Numbered from the stretch's first letter, positions 13,056 through 27,612 are shown. The stretch is DNA of 64,000 bases from an uncultured Pelagibacteraceae bacterium (GCA_902554035.1 CACDMX010000001.1:58243-122242); one strand, 5' to 3'. Translations and numbers: made by a program. Notes: generated from the sequence alone by a model not told the origin.

Positions 13056-14215
13056 TGAATATACACGAACACCAGGCAAAACAAATTTTAAAAAAATATG
13101 GAGCAACTGTTCCTAATGGAGTTTTTGGACTAACAGTTGAAGAATTAGTTGAAAAATCAAAATTATTAAAAACTAATAAATATATTTTAAAAGCACAAAT
13201 TCATGCAGGAGGCAGAGGTAAAGCTGGTGGTGTAAAAATACTTGATAGTATTGAAGAATTAACAAAGGCATCAAAAGAAATGATGGGTAAAAAACTCGTT
13301 ACTCATCAGACAGGTCCCGAAGGTAAGGTTGTCAGAAGACTATATGTGGAGGAGGTTTCTAAAATAGAGAAAGAATTCTATTTATCTTGTTTAGTTGACA
13401 GGGCTAGTTCAAAAATTGCATTTATCTCAAGCGATCAAGGAGGAGTAGACATAGAAGAGGTAGCAAAAAAAAATCCAGAAAAAATTAATACTACAAAAAT
13501 TAATTATTCTAAAGAAATTTCAAATGAAGATTGTGAAAATATTATAAGAATCTTTAATTTAAAAAATAAAGAAAAAGATCAAGCAAAAAATTTAATAAAG
13601 GCAATTTACAAAATGTTTGTAAGTACTGATGCTAGTATGGTTGAAATTAATCCTTTAATTTTGACAGAGGAAGGAAATATAGTTTGTTTAGACGCAAAAG
13701 TTAACTTTGATGATAATGCCTTGTTTAAACATCCTGAGATAGCTGATCTTAGAGATTTGAGTGAAGAAGACCCAATTGAAATAGAAGCGAGTAAACATGA
13801 TTTGTCTTATATTAAATTAGATGGAAGTATAGGATGTATGGTGAATGGTGCTGGCTTAGCTATGGCTACAATGGATATTATAAAACTTTATGGAGAAGAA
13901 CCTGCTAATTTTTTAGATGTTGGAGGTGGAGCATCTAAAGAAAAAGTTACAGAAGCACTTAAGTTAATTCTCTCAGATAAAAATGTTAAAGGGATTTTAA
14001 TAAATATTTTTGGAGGAATTATGAGATGCGATGTACTTGCGCAAGGTGTAGTAAATGCAGCAAAAGAGATAGATATTAATGTTCCTTTAGTTGTAAGACT
14101 AGCAGGAACAAATTTCAAAGAAGGAAAAGAAATATTAGATAATTCAGGATTAAAACTAATTTCAGCTGAAAACTTAGATGATGCAGCAAAAAAAATTGTT
14201 GAGGTTATAAAATAA
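13055..14215 (+). CDS. sucC: succinyl-CoA synthetase beta subunit
   Basis: [43 protein letters not shown]. Confidence 0.99.
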
Positions 14216-14216
14216 A

Positions 14217-15092
14217 ATGTCAATTCTAGTTAATAAAAATACAAAAGTAATTTGTCAAGGTTTTACTGGATCTCATGGCACATTTCATTCTCAACAAGCA
14301 ATTGATTATGGAACAAATTTAGTAGGCGGTGTTACTCCGAAAAAAGGAGGACAAGTACATCTAGATCGTCCAGTTTTTAATACTGTTGAAGAAGCAAAGA
14401 ATAAAACTGGTGCTAACGCGAGCATGATTTATGTTCCTGCAAAATTTGCAGCATCAGCAATAATCGAAGCAATTGAATCCTCTATTGAAATCATAGTTTG
14501 TGTAACAGAAGGTATACCTGTTCAAGATATGCTCAAGGTAAAATTAAAATTAAAGAACTCAAATAGTCGATTAATAGGACCTAATTGCCCAGGAATAATT
14601 ACTCCTGATGAATGTAAAATTGGGATTATGCCTGGAATTATCCACAAGAAAGGGAGCGTAGGTATTGTTTCAAGGTCAGGCACTTTAACTTATGAAGCAG
14701 TTGCTCAAACTACAGAAAATGGATTAGGTCAATCATCATGTATCGGCATTGGTGGAGATCCTATAAATGGAACAAGTTTTATTGATTGTTTAGATTTATT
14801 TTTGAAGGATGATGAAACTAAATCAATTTTAATGATTGGTGAAATAGGTGGAAATTCTGAGGAAGATGCATCTGAATTTTTAAAAAATCATAAAATTAAA
14901 AAACCAATAGTTGGTTTTATTGCTGGAATCACGGCCCCTCCTGGAAAGAGAATGGGTCATGCGGGAGCTATTATCTCAGGAGGCAAAGGAACAGCTCAAG
15001 ATAAAATAAATAAAATGAAAGAATGTGGAATAACAATAGCTGAATCACCAGCAGAAATGGGCAAAACTTTATTAAATAAATTGTCTAATTGA
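14217..15092 (+). CDS. sucD: succinyl-CoA synthetase alpha subunit
   Basis: [20 protein letters not shown], phospho-His in RMGHAGA. Confidence 0.99.
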   Translation: MSILVNKNTKVICQGFTGSHGTFHSQQAIDYGTNLVGGVTPKKGGQVHLDRPVFNTVEEAKNKTGANASMIYVPAKFAASAIIEAIESSIEIIVCVTEGIPVQDMLKVKLKLKNSNSRLIGPNCPGIITPDECKIGIMPGIIHKKGSVGIVSRSGTLTYEAVAQTTENGLGQSSCIGIGGDPINGTSFIDCLDLFLKDDETKSILMIGEIGGNSEEDASEFLKNHKIKKPIVGFIAGITAPPGKRMGHAGAIISGGKGTAQDKINKMKECGITIAESPAEMGKTLLNKLSN

Positions 15093-15116
15093 AAAATTAA
15101 TCACAGCTAATATAAT
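15089..15116 (+). promoter_or_regulatory. putative internal sigma70 promoter for sucA-sucB-lpdA
   Basis: TTGAAA (15089-15094), 16 nt, perfect TATAAT (15111-15116); ATG at 15129. Confidence 0.55.
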
Positions 15117-15128
15117 AGAAGAATATTA

Positions 15129-18002
15129 ATGTCCTCTTCAAAAAATATAGAGTTTGAGCAAACTTCGTTTTTAAGTAAATCAAATAGTGCATTTATCGAA
15201 GATATGTATCTTAAATACATAGAAAAAGATCCAAACCTTCCTGAAAGCTGGAAAAAATATTTTGAAACTTTAGGCGAGGATCTTGATTTAATTATTAGAG
15301 AAATTGAAGGACCAAGTTGGAATAAAAATAGAAAAAAAATTAACTTACAAAAAAAATCTCATGAAAATAAAAACTTTTATAATAATGAGGAAATTGAAAA
15401 AGATAAGGCGGATTCTATAAGAGCAATAGCCTTAATAAGAGCTTATAGAATTAGGGGTCATTTGATTGCGAATTTAGATCCCCTAGAAATGATGGAGAGA
15501 AAATATCTTCACGAATTACACCCATCAGACCATGGATTTAATAAGGAAGATTATGATAAGAAAATTTTTCTTCATTCTTACATGGAGAAAGGATACTCAA
15601 CAGTTAATGAAATAATATCTAACTTAAAAAGAATTTATTGCTCAACTATTGGCGTAGAGTATATGCATATATCTGATCCAATAGAAAAAGTTTGGTTTAG
15701 AAATAGGATGGAGAAAGAGGAAAATCGGATTAATTTCACAAATAATGGAAAAAAAGCAATATTAAATAAAATTATTCAGGCCGAAGGATTTGAAAAGTTT
15801 TTAGCAAAAAAATATGTAGGTACAAAAAGATTTGGATTAGATGGAGCTGAATCTTTAATTCCAGCGATGGAGCAAATTATCAAGAGAGGAGGTCAATTAG
15901 GGGTTAAAGAAATTAAAATTGGTATGCCACATAGGGGAAGATTAAATGTATTAGCTAATGTATTACAAAAATCTTATAAAAGAATATTTAATGAATTTGC
16001 TGGTGAAATTTCTAGCAGCTCAGAAGATTCAGCTGGTGACGTAAAATACCATTTAGGAGCATCGTCAAATAGAGTGTTTGATAGTAATTCAGTTCATGTA
16101 AGTTTAACAGATAATCCTTCACACTTAGAGGCTGTGGATCCAGTTGTGCTTGGACAAACAAGAGCAAAACAATTTTTTCATCAAGATTTAAATAGAAAAA
16201 AAGTAATTCCTATATTAATTCATGGTGATGCAGCTTTTGCAGGACAAGGTGTAGTAGCAGAATGTTTTGCAATGTCAGGTTTACCTGGTCATAATACTGG
16301 AGGAACTATACATATTATTGTAAATAACCAGATTGGTTTTACTACAAGCCCAAGGTTCGCAAGATCAAGCCCATATCCTTCCGATTTAGGAAAAGTTGTT
16401 GATGCTCCAATTTTGCACTGTAATGGTGATGACCCCGAAGCCGTTACGCATTGTGCAAAAGTTGCCATTGAGTTTAGACAAGAGTTTAACAAAGATGTTG
16501 TTATAGATATGATTTGTTATAGGAGATTTGGTCATAATGAAGGGGATGAACCTTCATTCACTCAACCTCTTATGTATAAAAAAATTAGAAACCACCCCAC
16601 TACATTAAATGTTTATGGAAACAGATTAATTCAAGAAGGAACTATAAATTCTGATGAGTTTAATAAAATGAAAAATGATTTCAAAAATCTTCTTGAGGAA
16701 CAATATAAAACAGCAAAGGACTATAAACCTAAAATAGAATGGTATGAGGGAACTTGGTCAAGATACAAACCTGAAAAAGGTAAAGATAAAAGAGGTAAAA
16801 GTGGTGTAGATTTATCTAAAATTGAAAAAATTTCAGATAAAATTAACAGTATTCCATCAACAGTGAAAGTTCACAAAACTATTTCTAAAATTTTAGAACA
16901 GAGAAAACAATCAGTTATAAGTAAAAAAAAAATAGACTGGTCAACAGCTGAAGCTTTGGCATTTGGTACGTTGCTTGAAGAAGGTTTTCCTGTAAGACTT
17001 GTTGGCCAAGACTCTGGAAGAGGTACATTTAGTCAAAGACATTCTGTTTTAAGAAATCAAGACGATAATTCACGTTATATTCCTTTAAATAATATTTCAA
17101 AAAATCAAAAAAAATTTGAGGTAGTTGATAGCTTTTTGTCAGAGTTAGCTGTTTTAGGATTTGAATATGGTTACAGTTTAGTTGAACCAAGCACTTTAAC
17201 TATTTGGGAGGCGCAATTCGGTGATTTTGCAAATGGTGCTCAAATAATTATTGATCAATTTATTGCATCAGGAGAAAGAAAATGGTCTAGAGCAAGTGGC
17301 CTTGTAATGCTTTTACCACATGGATATGAAGGTCAGGGACCAGAACATTCATCAGCAAGATTAGAAAGATTTCTTCAATTATGTGCACAAGATAACTTGC
17401 AGGTTATGAATTGTACAACTCCCGCAAATTATTTTCATGCCTTAAGACGTCAAATTCATAGAGATTTTAGAAAACCATTAGTTATTATGACTCCAAAATC
17501 TTTATTGAGAAATAAATTGTGTACTTCAAAATTAGATGACTTTGGCAAAAAAAATTCATTCCATAGAGTCTTATGGGATCATGCAATCGATCCTAATGAG
17601 ACTGATTTTATAAAGTTGAAAAGAAGTAAAAAAATTAAAAAGGTTATTCTGTGCTCTGGTAAAGTCTACTTTGATCTATTAGAGGCAAGAGAAAAAAATA
17701 AAAAAGATGATACTGTAATATTTAGAATAGAGCAGCTATATCCTTTTCCAGTTAAACCATTAGTTAAAGAAATTGCTAGATACGCTAAAAATGCAAAATT
17801 TTACTGGTGTCAAGAAGAGCCTAAAAACATGGGTGCATGGCTTTTAGTGCGAGATTATATTCAATGGACATTAAATCATATAGGAGCTAAACATAATCAA
17901 ATCATGTATATTGGTAGAAATCCTGCAGCATCTCCAGCTACTGGATATGCAAAAAGGCATATAAAGCAACAAAGAGAAATAATAGAAAAGGTCTTTGAAT
18001 AG
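15129..18002 (+). CDS. sucA: 2-oxoglutarate dehydrogenase E1
   Basis: KRFGLDG, GMPHRGRLN, GDVKYHLG, TPP motif HGDAAFAGQG, WEAQFGDF. Confidence 0.99.
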   Translation: MSSSKNIEFEQTSFLSKSNSAFIEDMYLKYIEKDPNLPESWKKYFETLGEDLDLIIREIEGPSWNKNRKKINLQKKSHENKNFYNNEEIEKDKADSIRAIALIRAYRIRGHLIANLDPLEMMERKYLHELHPSDHGFNKEDYDKKIFLHSYMEKGYSTVNEIISNLKRIYCSTIGVEYMHISDPIEKVWFRNRMEKEENRINFTNNGKKAILNKIIQAEGFEKFLAKKYVGTKRFGLDGAESLIPAMEQIIKRGGQLGVKEIKIGMPHRGRLNVLANVLQKSYKRIFNEFAGEISSSSEDSAGDVKYHLGASSNRVFDSNSVHVSLTDNPSHLEAVDPVVLGQTRAKQFFHQDLNRKKVIPILIHGDAAFAGQGVVAECFAMSGLPGHNTGGTIHIIVNNQIGFTTSPRFARSSPYPSDLGKVVDAPILHCNGDDPEAVTHCAKVAIEFRQEFNKDVVIDMICYRRFGHNEGDEPSFTQPLMYKKIRNHPTTLNVYGNRLIQEGTINSDEFNKMKNDFKNLLEEQYKTAKDYKPKIEWYEGTWSRYKPEKGKDKRGKSGVDLSKIEKISDKINSIPSTVKVHKTISKILEQRKQSVISKKKIDWSTAEALAFGTLLEEGFPVRLVGQDSGRGTFSQRHSVLRNQDDNSRYIPLNNISKNQKKFEVVDSFLSELAVLGFEYGYSLVEPSTLTIWEAQFGDFANGAQIIIDQFIASGERKWSRASGLVMLLPHGYEGQGPEHSSARLERFLQLCAQDNLQVMNCTTPANYFHALRRQIHRDFRKPLVIMTPKSLLRNKLCTSKLDDFGKKNSFHRVLWDHAIDPNETDFIKLKRSKKIKKVILCSGKVYFDLLEAREKNKKDDTVIFRIEQLYPFPVKPLVKEIARYAKNAKFYWCQEEPKNMGAWLLVRDYIQWTLNHIGAKHNQIMYIGRNPAASPATGYAKRHIKQQREIIEKVFE

Positions 18003-18005
18003 ATT

Positions 18006-19325
18006 ATGAGTGAAAAAATTTTAGTTCCAGAATTAGGAGAAAGTATAACTGAAGCGACTGTTTCCAAATGGCTTAAAAGTGCAGGAGATAGCGTTGAAGC
18101 AGACGAACCGATTGTTGAATTAGAAACAGATAAAGTTAATCTTGAAGTTCCCTCACCAGTTAATGGCGTTTTAGGAAAAATTAATGCTAGCGAGGGAGAT
18201 GTAGTAGAGGTGGGGTCTACTTTAGGTCATATTAATTCAGGATCAAATATTCAAACTTCTGATATTTCAAAAAATGAAGATGTTAAAAAAAAAGAGAACA
18301 ACGTTATCAAAATTGAAGTTGAAAAAAAAACTGAACCAAAAGAAATAAAAATTCTAAGTGAAGAAGAAGACAAAGATGAATTTGAACATTCGCATGAGCA
18401 AGACTCTCAATCTATAGATGATGATACATTAGTTTTGACAAATGAGGTTGAAGAAAAAATAGAAGTTGAGCATAATCTCTCACCAGCAGTTAGAAAAATA
18501 GTTTCTGAAAAAAAAATTGATATCCAAAAAGTTAAAGGAACAGGAAAAGATGGAAGAGTATTAAAAGGAGATTTAATTAATCTAATGGGAATTAATCCTG
18601 GACCATCAGAGAGAAAAATCAAATATGGTCAAGAAGAAAGAATAAAAATGACTAGGTTAAGGCAAACAATAGCCAAAAGATTAAAACAAGCACAGGAGAA
18701 TGCTGCTTTACTTACAACATTTAACGAAGTGGATATGACAAACATAGTTGAAATGAGAAAAGAAAATCAGGACGATTTTCTTGAAAGATATGGAATTAAA
18801 TTAGGATTTATGTCATTTTTTGTAAAGGCTTCTGTTGTTGCGCTTAAGAGTTTCCCCGCAGTTAATGCTGAAATCGAAGGAGACGAAATAGTATATAAAA
18901 ATTATTACAATATAAGTTTTGCTGTAGGTACAGAAAAAGGGCTTGTAGTTCCAGTTTTAAGAAATGCAGATGAATTATCGTTTGCTGATATTGAAAAAAA
19001 TATAAAAGATCTATCTGATAAAGCTAAAGATGGAAAACTTACTATTGAAGATCTTCAAGGAGGGACTTTTACAATTAGTAATGGGGGAGTTTATGGGTCT
19101 ATGCTATCTACACCAATTCTTAATTTGCCACAATCTGGGGTGTTGGGGATGCATAACATAGTTGATAGACCAATAGTGGTTGGTGGTGAGATTAAAATTA
19201 GACCAGTTATGTATTTAGCTTTATCTTATGATCATAGAATTATAGATGGAAAAGATTCTGTTTCATTCTTAAAAACTATTAAGGAAAATTTAGAAGACCC
19301 TAGAAGATTATTTTTGAACATTTAA
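18006..19325 (+). CDS. sucB: dihydrolipoamide succinyltransferase E2
   Basis: Lipoyl Lys in [22 protein letters not shown], catalytic DHRIIDG. Confidence 0.98.
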   Translation: MSEKILVPELGESITEATVSKWLKSAGDSVEADEPIVELETDKVNLEVPSPVNGVLGKINASEGDVVEVGSTLGHINSGSNIQTSDISKNEDVKKKENNVIKIEVEKKTEPKEIKILSEEEDKDEFEHSHEQDSQSIDDDTLVLTNEVEEKIEVEHNLSPAVRKIVSEKKIDIQKVKGTGKDGRVLKGDLINLMGINPGPSERKIKYGQEERIKMTRLRQTIAKRLKQAQENAALLTTFNEVDMTNIVEMRKENQDDFLERYGIKLGFMSFFVKASVVALKSFPAVNAEIEGDEIVYKNYYNISFAVGTEKGLVVPVLRNADELSFADIEKNIKDLSDKAKDGKLTIEDLQGGTFTISNGGVYGSMLSTPILNLPQSGVLGMHNIVDRPIVVGGEIKIRPVMYLALSYDHRIIDGKDSVSFLKTIKENLEDPRRLFLNI

Positions 19326-20726
19326 ATGTCAGATAAATTTGAAGTTATTGTAATTGGTGGAGGCCCTGGTGGATATGTGTGTGCAATACGATTATCTCAG
19401 CTAGGCATAAAAACAGCATGTGTTGACTCCAGAGGAGCACTTGGAGGTACATGTTTAAATATAGGCTGTATACCTTCAAAAAATTTATTAAATTTGTCAG
19501 AAAATTTTGAAAAAACAAAAAATTTTTCTAACCTAGGAATAGAAACAGGTGAAATAAAATTAAATTTAAATAAAATTATGCAAAATAAAAATAAGGCGGT
19601 CGAAAATTTGACTAAAGGAGTTGAATTTTTATTTAAAAAAAACAAGGTTACTTATTATAAAGGTACAGCTAGTTTTAAATCTGAAAATCAAATTTTAGTA
19701 ACAGATCAAAAAAATAAAGAAACTATAATTAAAGCTGAAAAAATAATTATCAGTACAGGATCAGAGCCAAATTCATTACCTGGTGTAGAATTTGACGAAA
19801 AAACTATTTTATCATCAACTGGAGCCTTGTCTTTAGAAAAGATACCAAAAAAAATGGTAGTAATTGGTGGAGGATATATTGGTTTAGAAATGGGATCTAT
19901 TTGGTCTAGATTTGGTACTGAAGTTCAAGTTATAGAATTTTTAGATCATATTACTCCTGGAATGGATAAAGAGATTTCAAATGAATTTTTAAAAATTTTA
20001 AAAAAACAAGGAATGAATTTTCATTTACAAACTAAAGTAGAAAGTATAAAAAAAAATAATGGTAAAATCAATATTTTAACAAAAAATAAAGAAGGTAAAA
20101 AAAATAATTTTGAATGCGATGTTGTATTGATTTCAGTTGGAAGAAAACCAAATATTAAAAATCTAAATCTAGAAAAAATAAATGTTACTTTAGACGATAA
20201 AAAAAGAATTAAAACAAACAAAAATTTTGAGACAAATATAAAAAATATTTATGCTATTGGAGATGTTATATCTGGACCAATGCTAGCTCATAAAGCTGAA
20301 GAAGAAGGCATTGCTCTAGCAGAATTAATTGCAGGTCAATCAGGACATGTGAATTACGATACAATACCAGGTGTTATTTACACTTCTCCTGAAGTAGCTT
20401 CTGTTGGAAAGACCGAGGAGCAATTAAAAGAATTGAATAAAAAATATAAGGTAGGAAAATTTCCCTTTTTAGCAAACTCAAGAGCTAAAGCTATCAATGA
20501 ATCAGAAGGATTTGTAAAATTATTAGCAGATGAAAAAACTGACAAAATATTAGGTGCACATCTGATTGGACCTCATGCAGGTGAAATGATAGCGGAAATA
20601 GGATTAGCTATGGAATTTGGTGCAAGTGCCGAAGACGTTGCAAGAACTTGCCATGCTCACCCCACTTTTTCAGAAGCTATAAAAGAGGCTGCTTTATCTG
20701 TGGATAAAAGAGCAATACACTCTTAA
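19326..20726 (+). CDS. lpdA: dihydrolipoamide dehydrogenase E3
   Basis: GGGPGGY, GGTCLNIGCIPSK, HAHPTFSE. Confidence 0.99.
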   Translation: MSDKFEVIVIGGGPGGYVCAIRLSQLGIKTACVDSRGALGGTCLNIGCIPSKNLLNLSENFEKTKNFSNLGIETGEIKLNLNKIMQNKNKAVENLTKGVEFLFKKNKVTYYKGTASFKSENQILVTDQKNKETIIKAEKIIISTGSEPNSLPGVEFDEKTILSSTGALSLEKIPKKMVVIGGGYIGLEMGSIWSRFGTEVQVIEFLDHITPGMDKEISNEFLKILKKQGMNFHLQTKVESIKKNNGKINILTKNKEGKKNNFECDVVLISVGRKPNIKNLNLEKINVTLDDKKRIKTNKNFETNIKNIYAIGDVISGPMLAHKAEEEGIALAELIAGQSGHVNYDTIPGVIYTSPEVASVGKTEEQLKELNKKYKVGKFPFLANSRAKAINESEGFVKLLADEKTDKILGAHLIGPHAGEMIAEIGLAMEFGASAEDVARTCHAHPTFSEAIKEAALSVDKRAIHS

Positions 20727-20748
20727 AAAATTTACATAATATATAAAA

Positions 20749-22710
20749 ATGAAAGTGCCGATTCTTTTACCAAATATCTTTAATTATCCATTTACTTATA
20801 ACTCAGATAATAACCTGAAAGTAGGAGATTATGTATTAGTTCCTTTTGGAAAAAAAAAAATGGTTGGTATGGTGTGGAATCACTTTGAGCCAAAAAAAAA
20901 TAAAAGTTTTGAAATAAAAAAAGTAATTAGAAAACTTAAAATTAAATCACTAAGTATAAATACTATCAAATTTTTAAATTGGTTTTCTGAATACAATCTA
21001 ATACCAAAGGGCATGTCTTTAAAATTGCATTTGTTGAGTAACGAGGCGATCGAAGAAGTGTTTTATAAGGAATACGAAATTTATAAATCAATAAAAAAAA
21101 CTAATAATTTTAAACTTTCTAAAGAACAAGAAAAAAGTCTAAAAGAATTAAAAATAAAAAATGCAAAATTCAGAGTTCATGTACTTCAAGGAACAACTGG
21201 ATCAGGTAAAACTATAGTATATTTTAATGCAATAAAGGAAAAAATTGATCAAGGTTACCAAGGTCTTATTTTATTGCCCGAGATAGGTTTAACGACAGAG
21301 TTTGAAAAAAAGTTTTATGATTTTTTTGGATTTATTCCAGCAATTTGGCACTCTGGAATATCTAAAAAAAAGAAAAAAATTATATGGAGTGGATTAGTTA
21401 ATGGAAAAATAAAAGTAGTTATTGGAGCAAGATCATCTCTCTTTTTACCATTTTATAAGCTTGGCATAATAGTAGTAGATGAGGAGCACGATCAATCATA
21501 CAAACAAGACGAAGGTATAATTTATAATGCACGTGATATGGCAATTTCAAGAGCATCCTTTGAAAATATACCAATAGATCTAATATCTGCAGTTCCATCA
21601 ATTGAAACTTACGAAAATATTAAAAAAAAAAAATATTCTTACTCTAGAATTCTAAATAGATATAAAAATGCTAAACTTCCTAAACATGAGGTGATTGATC
21701 TAAATAAATATAAGCTCCCAAATCTTTCTTGGATTTCAACAAAAACTATTGAAAAAGTTAAGCAACATCTAGAAAAAAATGATCAGATTCTTTTTTTTAT
21801 AAACAGAAGAGGATTTTCACCATATGTTTTTTGCAAAAATTGTTTTAAAGTTTTTTCGTGTCCTTACTGTTCAATTAATTTAGTCTATCATAAAAATAAA
21901 AAGAAACTTCTTTGTCATTACTGTGGTTTTACAACTAGTTTGAAAAGAAAATGTAATAAAAATATAAGTGAAAGTTGTAGATTTACTTTCAGTGGACCAG
22001 GAGTAGAAAAAATCCACGAAGAAGTTAAAAAAATATTTCCAAATTACAAATCATTAATTTTTTCCAGTGATACAATGAATAAAAAGTCATCTTCTAGAGA
22101 TTTAGACAAAATTATAAATAATGAATTTAAAATTTTAATTGGAACACAATTAATCTCAAAAGGTTTCCACTTTCCTAATCTAAATTGTATTATTGTCTTG
22201 GATATAGATTTATCGTCGCTTGGTCACGATTTAAGAGGTGCAGAAAAAAATCTTCAACTATACCATCAGCTCTCTGGGAGAGCAGGAAGAACAGGAAAAC
22301 CTGCAAAAGTTTATTTTCAAACCTATAACTTAAAATCTGATACGATTTCAAAGTTAACTAACTCTGATCCTTTTATATTTTTAGAAAATGAGCTTCAATT
22401 AAGAAAAAAAAATAATTTACCACCATTTGAGCGATTTATTGCCTTAATACTCAGTTCCAAAAATGAAAAAATATTAGAGAAAGAATCTATTAGGTTGAAA
22501 GAGCATTTAGTCAAAAATTTGAGTGGAAAAATTTTAGGACCTATAAATGCACCTATTTATAAAATAAAAGAAAAATTTAGAAATAGATTACTAATAAGAA
22601 GTAAAAAAACTTACAGAATTCAAGAGTCCCTTTATTTGGCACTTAAAAAATTTGAATTTTCATCAGGAATGAAACTAACAGTTGATGTTGACCCAATAAG
22701 CTTTAATTAA
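20749..22710 (+). CDS. priA: replication restart helicase PriA (compact, 653 aa)
   Basis: GTTGSGKT, DEEHD, CxxC zinc motifs, QLSGRAGR, C-terminal DVDP. Confidence 0.96.
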   Translation: MKVPILLPNIFNYPFTYNSDNNLKVGDYVLVPFGKKKMVGMVWNHFEPKKNKSFEIKKVIRKLKIKSLSINTIKFLNWFSEYNLIPKGMSLKLHLLSNEAIEEVFYKEYEIYKSIKKTNNFKLSKEQEKSLKELKIKNAKFRVHVLQGTTGSGKTIVYFNAIKEKIDQGYQGLILLPEIGLTTEFEKKFYDFFGFIPAIWHSGISKKKKKIIWSGLVNGKIKVVIGARSSLFLPFYKLGIIVVDEEHDQSYKQDEGIIYNARDMAISRASFENIPIDLISAVPSIETYENIKKKKYSYSRILNRYKNAKLPKHEVIDLNKYKLPNLSWISTKTIEKVKQHLEKNDQILFFINRRGFSPYVFCKNCFKVFSCPYCSINLVYHKNKKKLLCHYCGFTTSLKRKCNKNISESCRFTFSGPGVEKIHEEVKKIFPNYKSLIFSSDTMNKKSSSRDLDKIINNEFKILIGTQLISKGFHFPNLNCIIVLDIDLSSLGHDLRGAEKNLQLYHQLSGRAGRTGKPAKVYFQTYNLKSDTISKLTNSDPFIFLENELQLRKKNNLPPFERFIALILSSKNEKILEKESIRLKEHLVKNLSGKILGPINAPIYKIKEKFRNRLLIRSKKTYRIQESLYLALKKFEFSSGMKLTVDVDPISFN

Positions 22711-22730
22711 CTGTTAAAAAAAAACCAATT

Positions 22731-22815
22731 TTGACAAACTGCTGCTTGAAGAGAATATTGTCATATGTTACTTAAATTCAAAATTTTGAGATAATTTCAA
22801 ATATTAATAAGGGGT
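22731..22815 (+). promoter_or_regulatory. putative atpH operon promoter/leader with SD
   Basis: TTGACA (22731-22736), 17 nt, AATATT; AAGGGG SD-like sequence before the TTG start at 22821. Confidence 0.4.
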
Positions 22816-22820
22816 TCAAA

Positions 22821-23378
22821 TTGAGTAAAAACAAGAATTTTTCCGATACATCAGCAAATAGGTATTCAGTTGCACTTTATGAGTTAGCAAAAGAAAGCAA
22901 TGAACTTAACGAAATAGAAAAAAATTGTTTGTCATTTATAAACCTAATATCAAATAATGAAGAAATTAAATCATTTATTAAAAATCCCACAATTAAAAAA
23001 GAAGAACTAATTACTATAATTTCAAAAATTTCAAATAATTATAACCTAAATGCATTATTTAAAAAATTTCTTTGTTTTTTAATTACAAAAAGAAGATTTT
23101 TTTATGTTAATAAAATACTAAATGATTTTATTGAAACTTGTTCTAAAAAAAGAGGAGAGGTTAATGCTAAATTAACTTCAGCAAGAGAACTTTCAGAAAG
23201 CGAGATAAGTTCTATAAAAGATGAATTAACAAAAAATTTTAACTCAAAAATAAGACTAAATTATAAACATGACCCAAGTTTAATTGGCGGCCTAATAGTT
23301 CAAGTAGGTAGTACCATGGTAGACACTTCAATTAAAAATAAATTAAATAAATTACAAAATATAATGGTAGAGGCTTAA
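22821..23378 (+). CDS. atpH: F1 ATP synthase delta subunit (TTG start)
   Basis: ANRYSVAL and DPSLIGGLIVQVGSTMVDTS; first gene of the F1 operon. Confidence 0.96.
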   Translation: MSKNKNFSDTSANRYSVALYELAKESNELNEIEKNCLSFINLISNNEEIKSFIKNPTIKKEELITIISKISNNYNLNALFKKFLCFLITKRRFFYVNKILNDFIETCSKKRGEVNAKLTSARELSESEISSIKDELTKNFNSKIRLNYKHDPSLIGGLIVQVGSTMVDTSIKNKLNKLQNIMVEA

Positions 23379-24914
23379 ATGGAAATAAATCCTTCAGAGG
23401 TAACAAAAATATTAAAAGAGCAGATTAAAAATTTCGGAGATAAAGCCGAAATTACAGAGGTTGGCCAAGTTTTGTCAGTTGGAGATGGTATAGCTAGAAT
23501 TTATGGACTTGATAATGTTCAAGCTGGAGAAATGGTTGAATTTTCTGATGGTTCTAAAGGGATGGCATTAAACTTAGAAAGTGAAAATGTTGGTGTTGTA
23601 ATCTTTGGAGACGATAAAGCGATCAAAGAAGGAGATACAGTTAAAAGAACAGGAGCGATTGTAGATACTCCAGTTGGTAAACAATTACTTGGTAGAGTTG
23701 TTGATGGTTTGGGAAACCCAATTGATGGAAAGGGTGCGCTTGATAAAGGAGTCAAAAGAAGCAGAGTTGAAGTCAAGGCTCCTGGCATTATTCCACGTAA
23801 ATCTGTAAGTGAACCGATGCAAACTGGTCTTAAATCTATAGATAGTTTAGTTCCAATTGGAAGAGGTCAAAGAGAATTGATTATTGGTGATAGACAAACA
23901 GGAAAAACTGCAGTTGCTGTTGACGCTATTATAAACCAAAAAAAGATAAACGAGTCAAATGATGAAAAACAAAAATTATATTGTGTATATGTAGCAATAG
24001 GTCAAAAAAGATCTACTGTTAGGCAAATTGAAAAAACTTTAGAAGAAGCTGGAGCAATGGAATATACAACTATTGTTGCTGCTACAGCGTCGGATGCTGC
24101 TCCACTTCAATTTTTAGCACCTTACACTGGCTGTGCAATGGGAGAATATTTTAGAGATAACGGCATGCATGCATTAATCATCTATGATGATCTTTCTAAA
24201 CAAGCAGTAGCTTACAGACAAATGTCACTTTTATTAAGAAGACCTCCAGGAAGAGAAGCTTATCCTGGAGATGTATTTTATTTACATAGTAGACTACTTG
24301 AAAGAGCAGCTAAATTGAGTGATGAACATGGAGGAGGGTCTTTAACAGCACTTCCAATTATTGAAACACAAGGAGGAGATGTTTCAGCATTTATACCTAC
24401 TAATGTAATATCAATAACTGATGGCCAAATCTTCTTAGAAACAGAGCTATTTAATCAAGGTATAAGACCTGCAATAAATGTAGGGTTATCAGTTTCAAGA
24501 GTCGGATCTTCTGCACAAACTAAAGCTATGAAAAAAGTTTCGGGGTCAATGAAGCTTGAGCTAGCTCAATATAGAGAAATGGCGGCATTTGCTCAATTTG
24601 GTTCTGATTTAGATGCATCAACCCAAAAACTTTTAAATAGAGGATCAAAATTAACTGAATTATTAAAACAACAACAGTATTCGCCTATGACAGTTGCAGA
24701 ACAAGTTATTTCAGTATTTTGTGGTGTTAAAGGTTATTTAGATGACATTGAACAAAAAAATATTGCTGATTTTGAAAGCAAAATTATAGAGAAATGTAAA
24801 TCAGAGAAACCAGAAATTTTAGAATCAATCAAAAGCTCTGGTAAACTTGAGGAAAGTGTGGAAAAATCTTTGACTGAAATTATTGTAGAACTTAAAAAAA
24901 ATTTTAATTCATAA
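23379..24914 (+). CDS. atpA: F1 ATP synthase alpha subunit
   Basis: [20 protein letters not shown]. Confidence 0.99.
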   Translation: MEINPSEVTKILKEQIKNFGDKAEITEVGQVLSVGDGIARIYGLDNVQAGEMVEFSDGSKGMALNLESENVGVVIFGDDKAIKEGDTVKRTGAIVDTPVGKQLLGRVVDGLGNPIDGKGALDKGVKRSRVEVKAPGIIPRKSVSEPMQTGLKSIDSLVPIGRGQRELIIGDRQTGKTAVAVDAIINQKKINESNDEKQKLYCVYVAIGQKRSTVRQIEKTLEEAGAMEYTTIVAATASDAAPLQFLAPYTGCAMGEYFRDNGMHALIIYDDLSKQAVAYRQMSLLLRRPPGREAYPGDVFYLHSRLLERAAKLSDEHGGGSLTALPIIETQGGDVSAFIPTNVISITDGQIFLETELFNQGIRPAINVGLSVSRVGSSAQTKAMKKVSGSMKLELAQYREMAAFAQFGSDLDASTQKLLNRGSKLTELLKQQQYSPMTVAEQVISVFCGVKGYLDDIEQKNIADFESKIIEKCKSEKPEILESIKSSGKLEESVEKSLTEIIVELKKNFNS

Positions 24915-24917
24915 GGT

Positions 24918-27213
<2,296 letters not shown>

Positions 27214-27214
<1 letters not shown>

Positions 27215-27612
27215 TGAGTGAAAGTTTTAAGCTTGAAATTGTAAATCCTGAAAGCTCTTTTTTGTCAAAAGATTCTGTCTCAGAAGTTGTGGTGCCAGCT
27301 TTTGAAGGAGAGATGGGAATTTTAAAAAATCATGTATCAATAATATCCTTTTTAAAACCTGGAATAGTAAGAGTTTTTGAGGGTTCAAATGAAGAAAATT
27401 ACTATGTTGATGATGGTATATTAGAATTTAAAAACAACTGTTTATCAATATTAACAAGTAATATTTTTGATGTAAAAAAAGTAGATAAAAATGTTTTAAA
27501 AGATACTTTAAGTAAAGCTGAGCAAGACTCACAGAAAAATGATGTTTCTGATCAAAAAAAGTATTTACTTGATCAAAAGATCGAAGTTTTAAGAAGTTTA
27601 AATCTAAATTAG
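27214..27612 (+). CDS. atpC: F1 ATP synthase epsilon subunit
   Basis: LEIVNPE, GEMGILKNH...LKPG; follows atpD. Confidence 0.95.
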
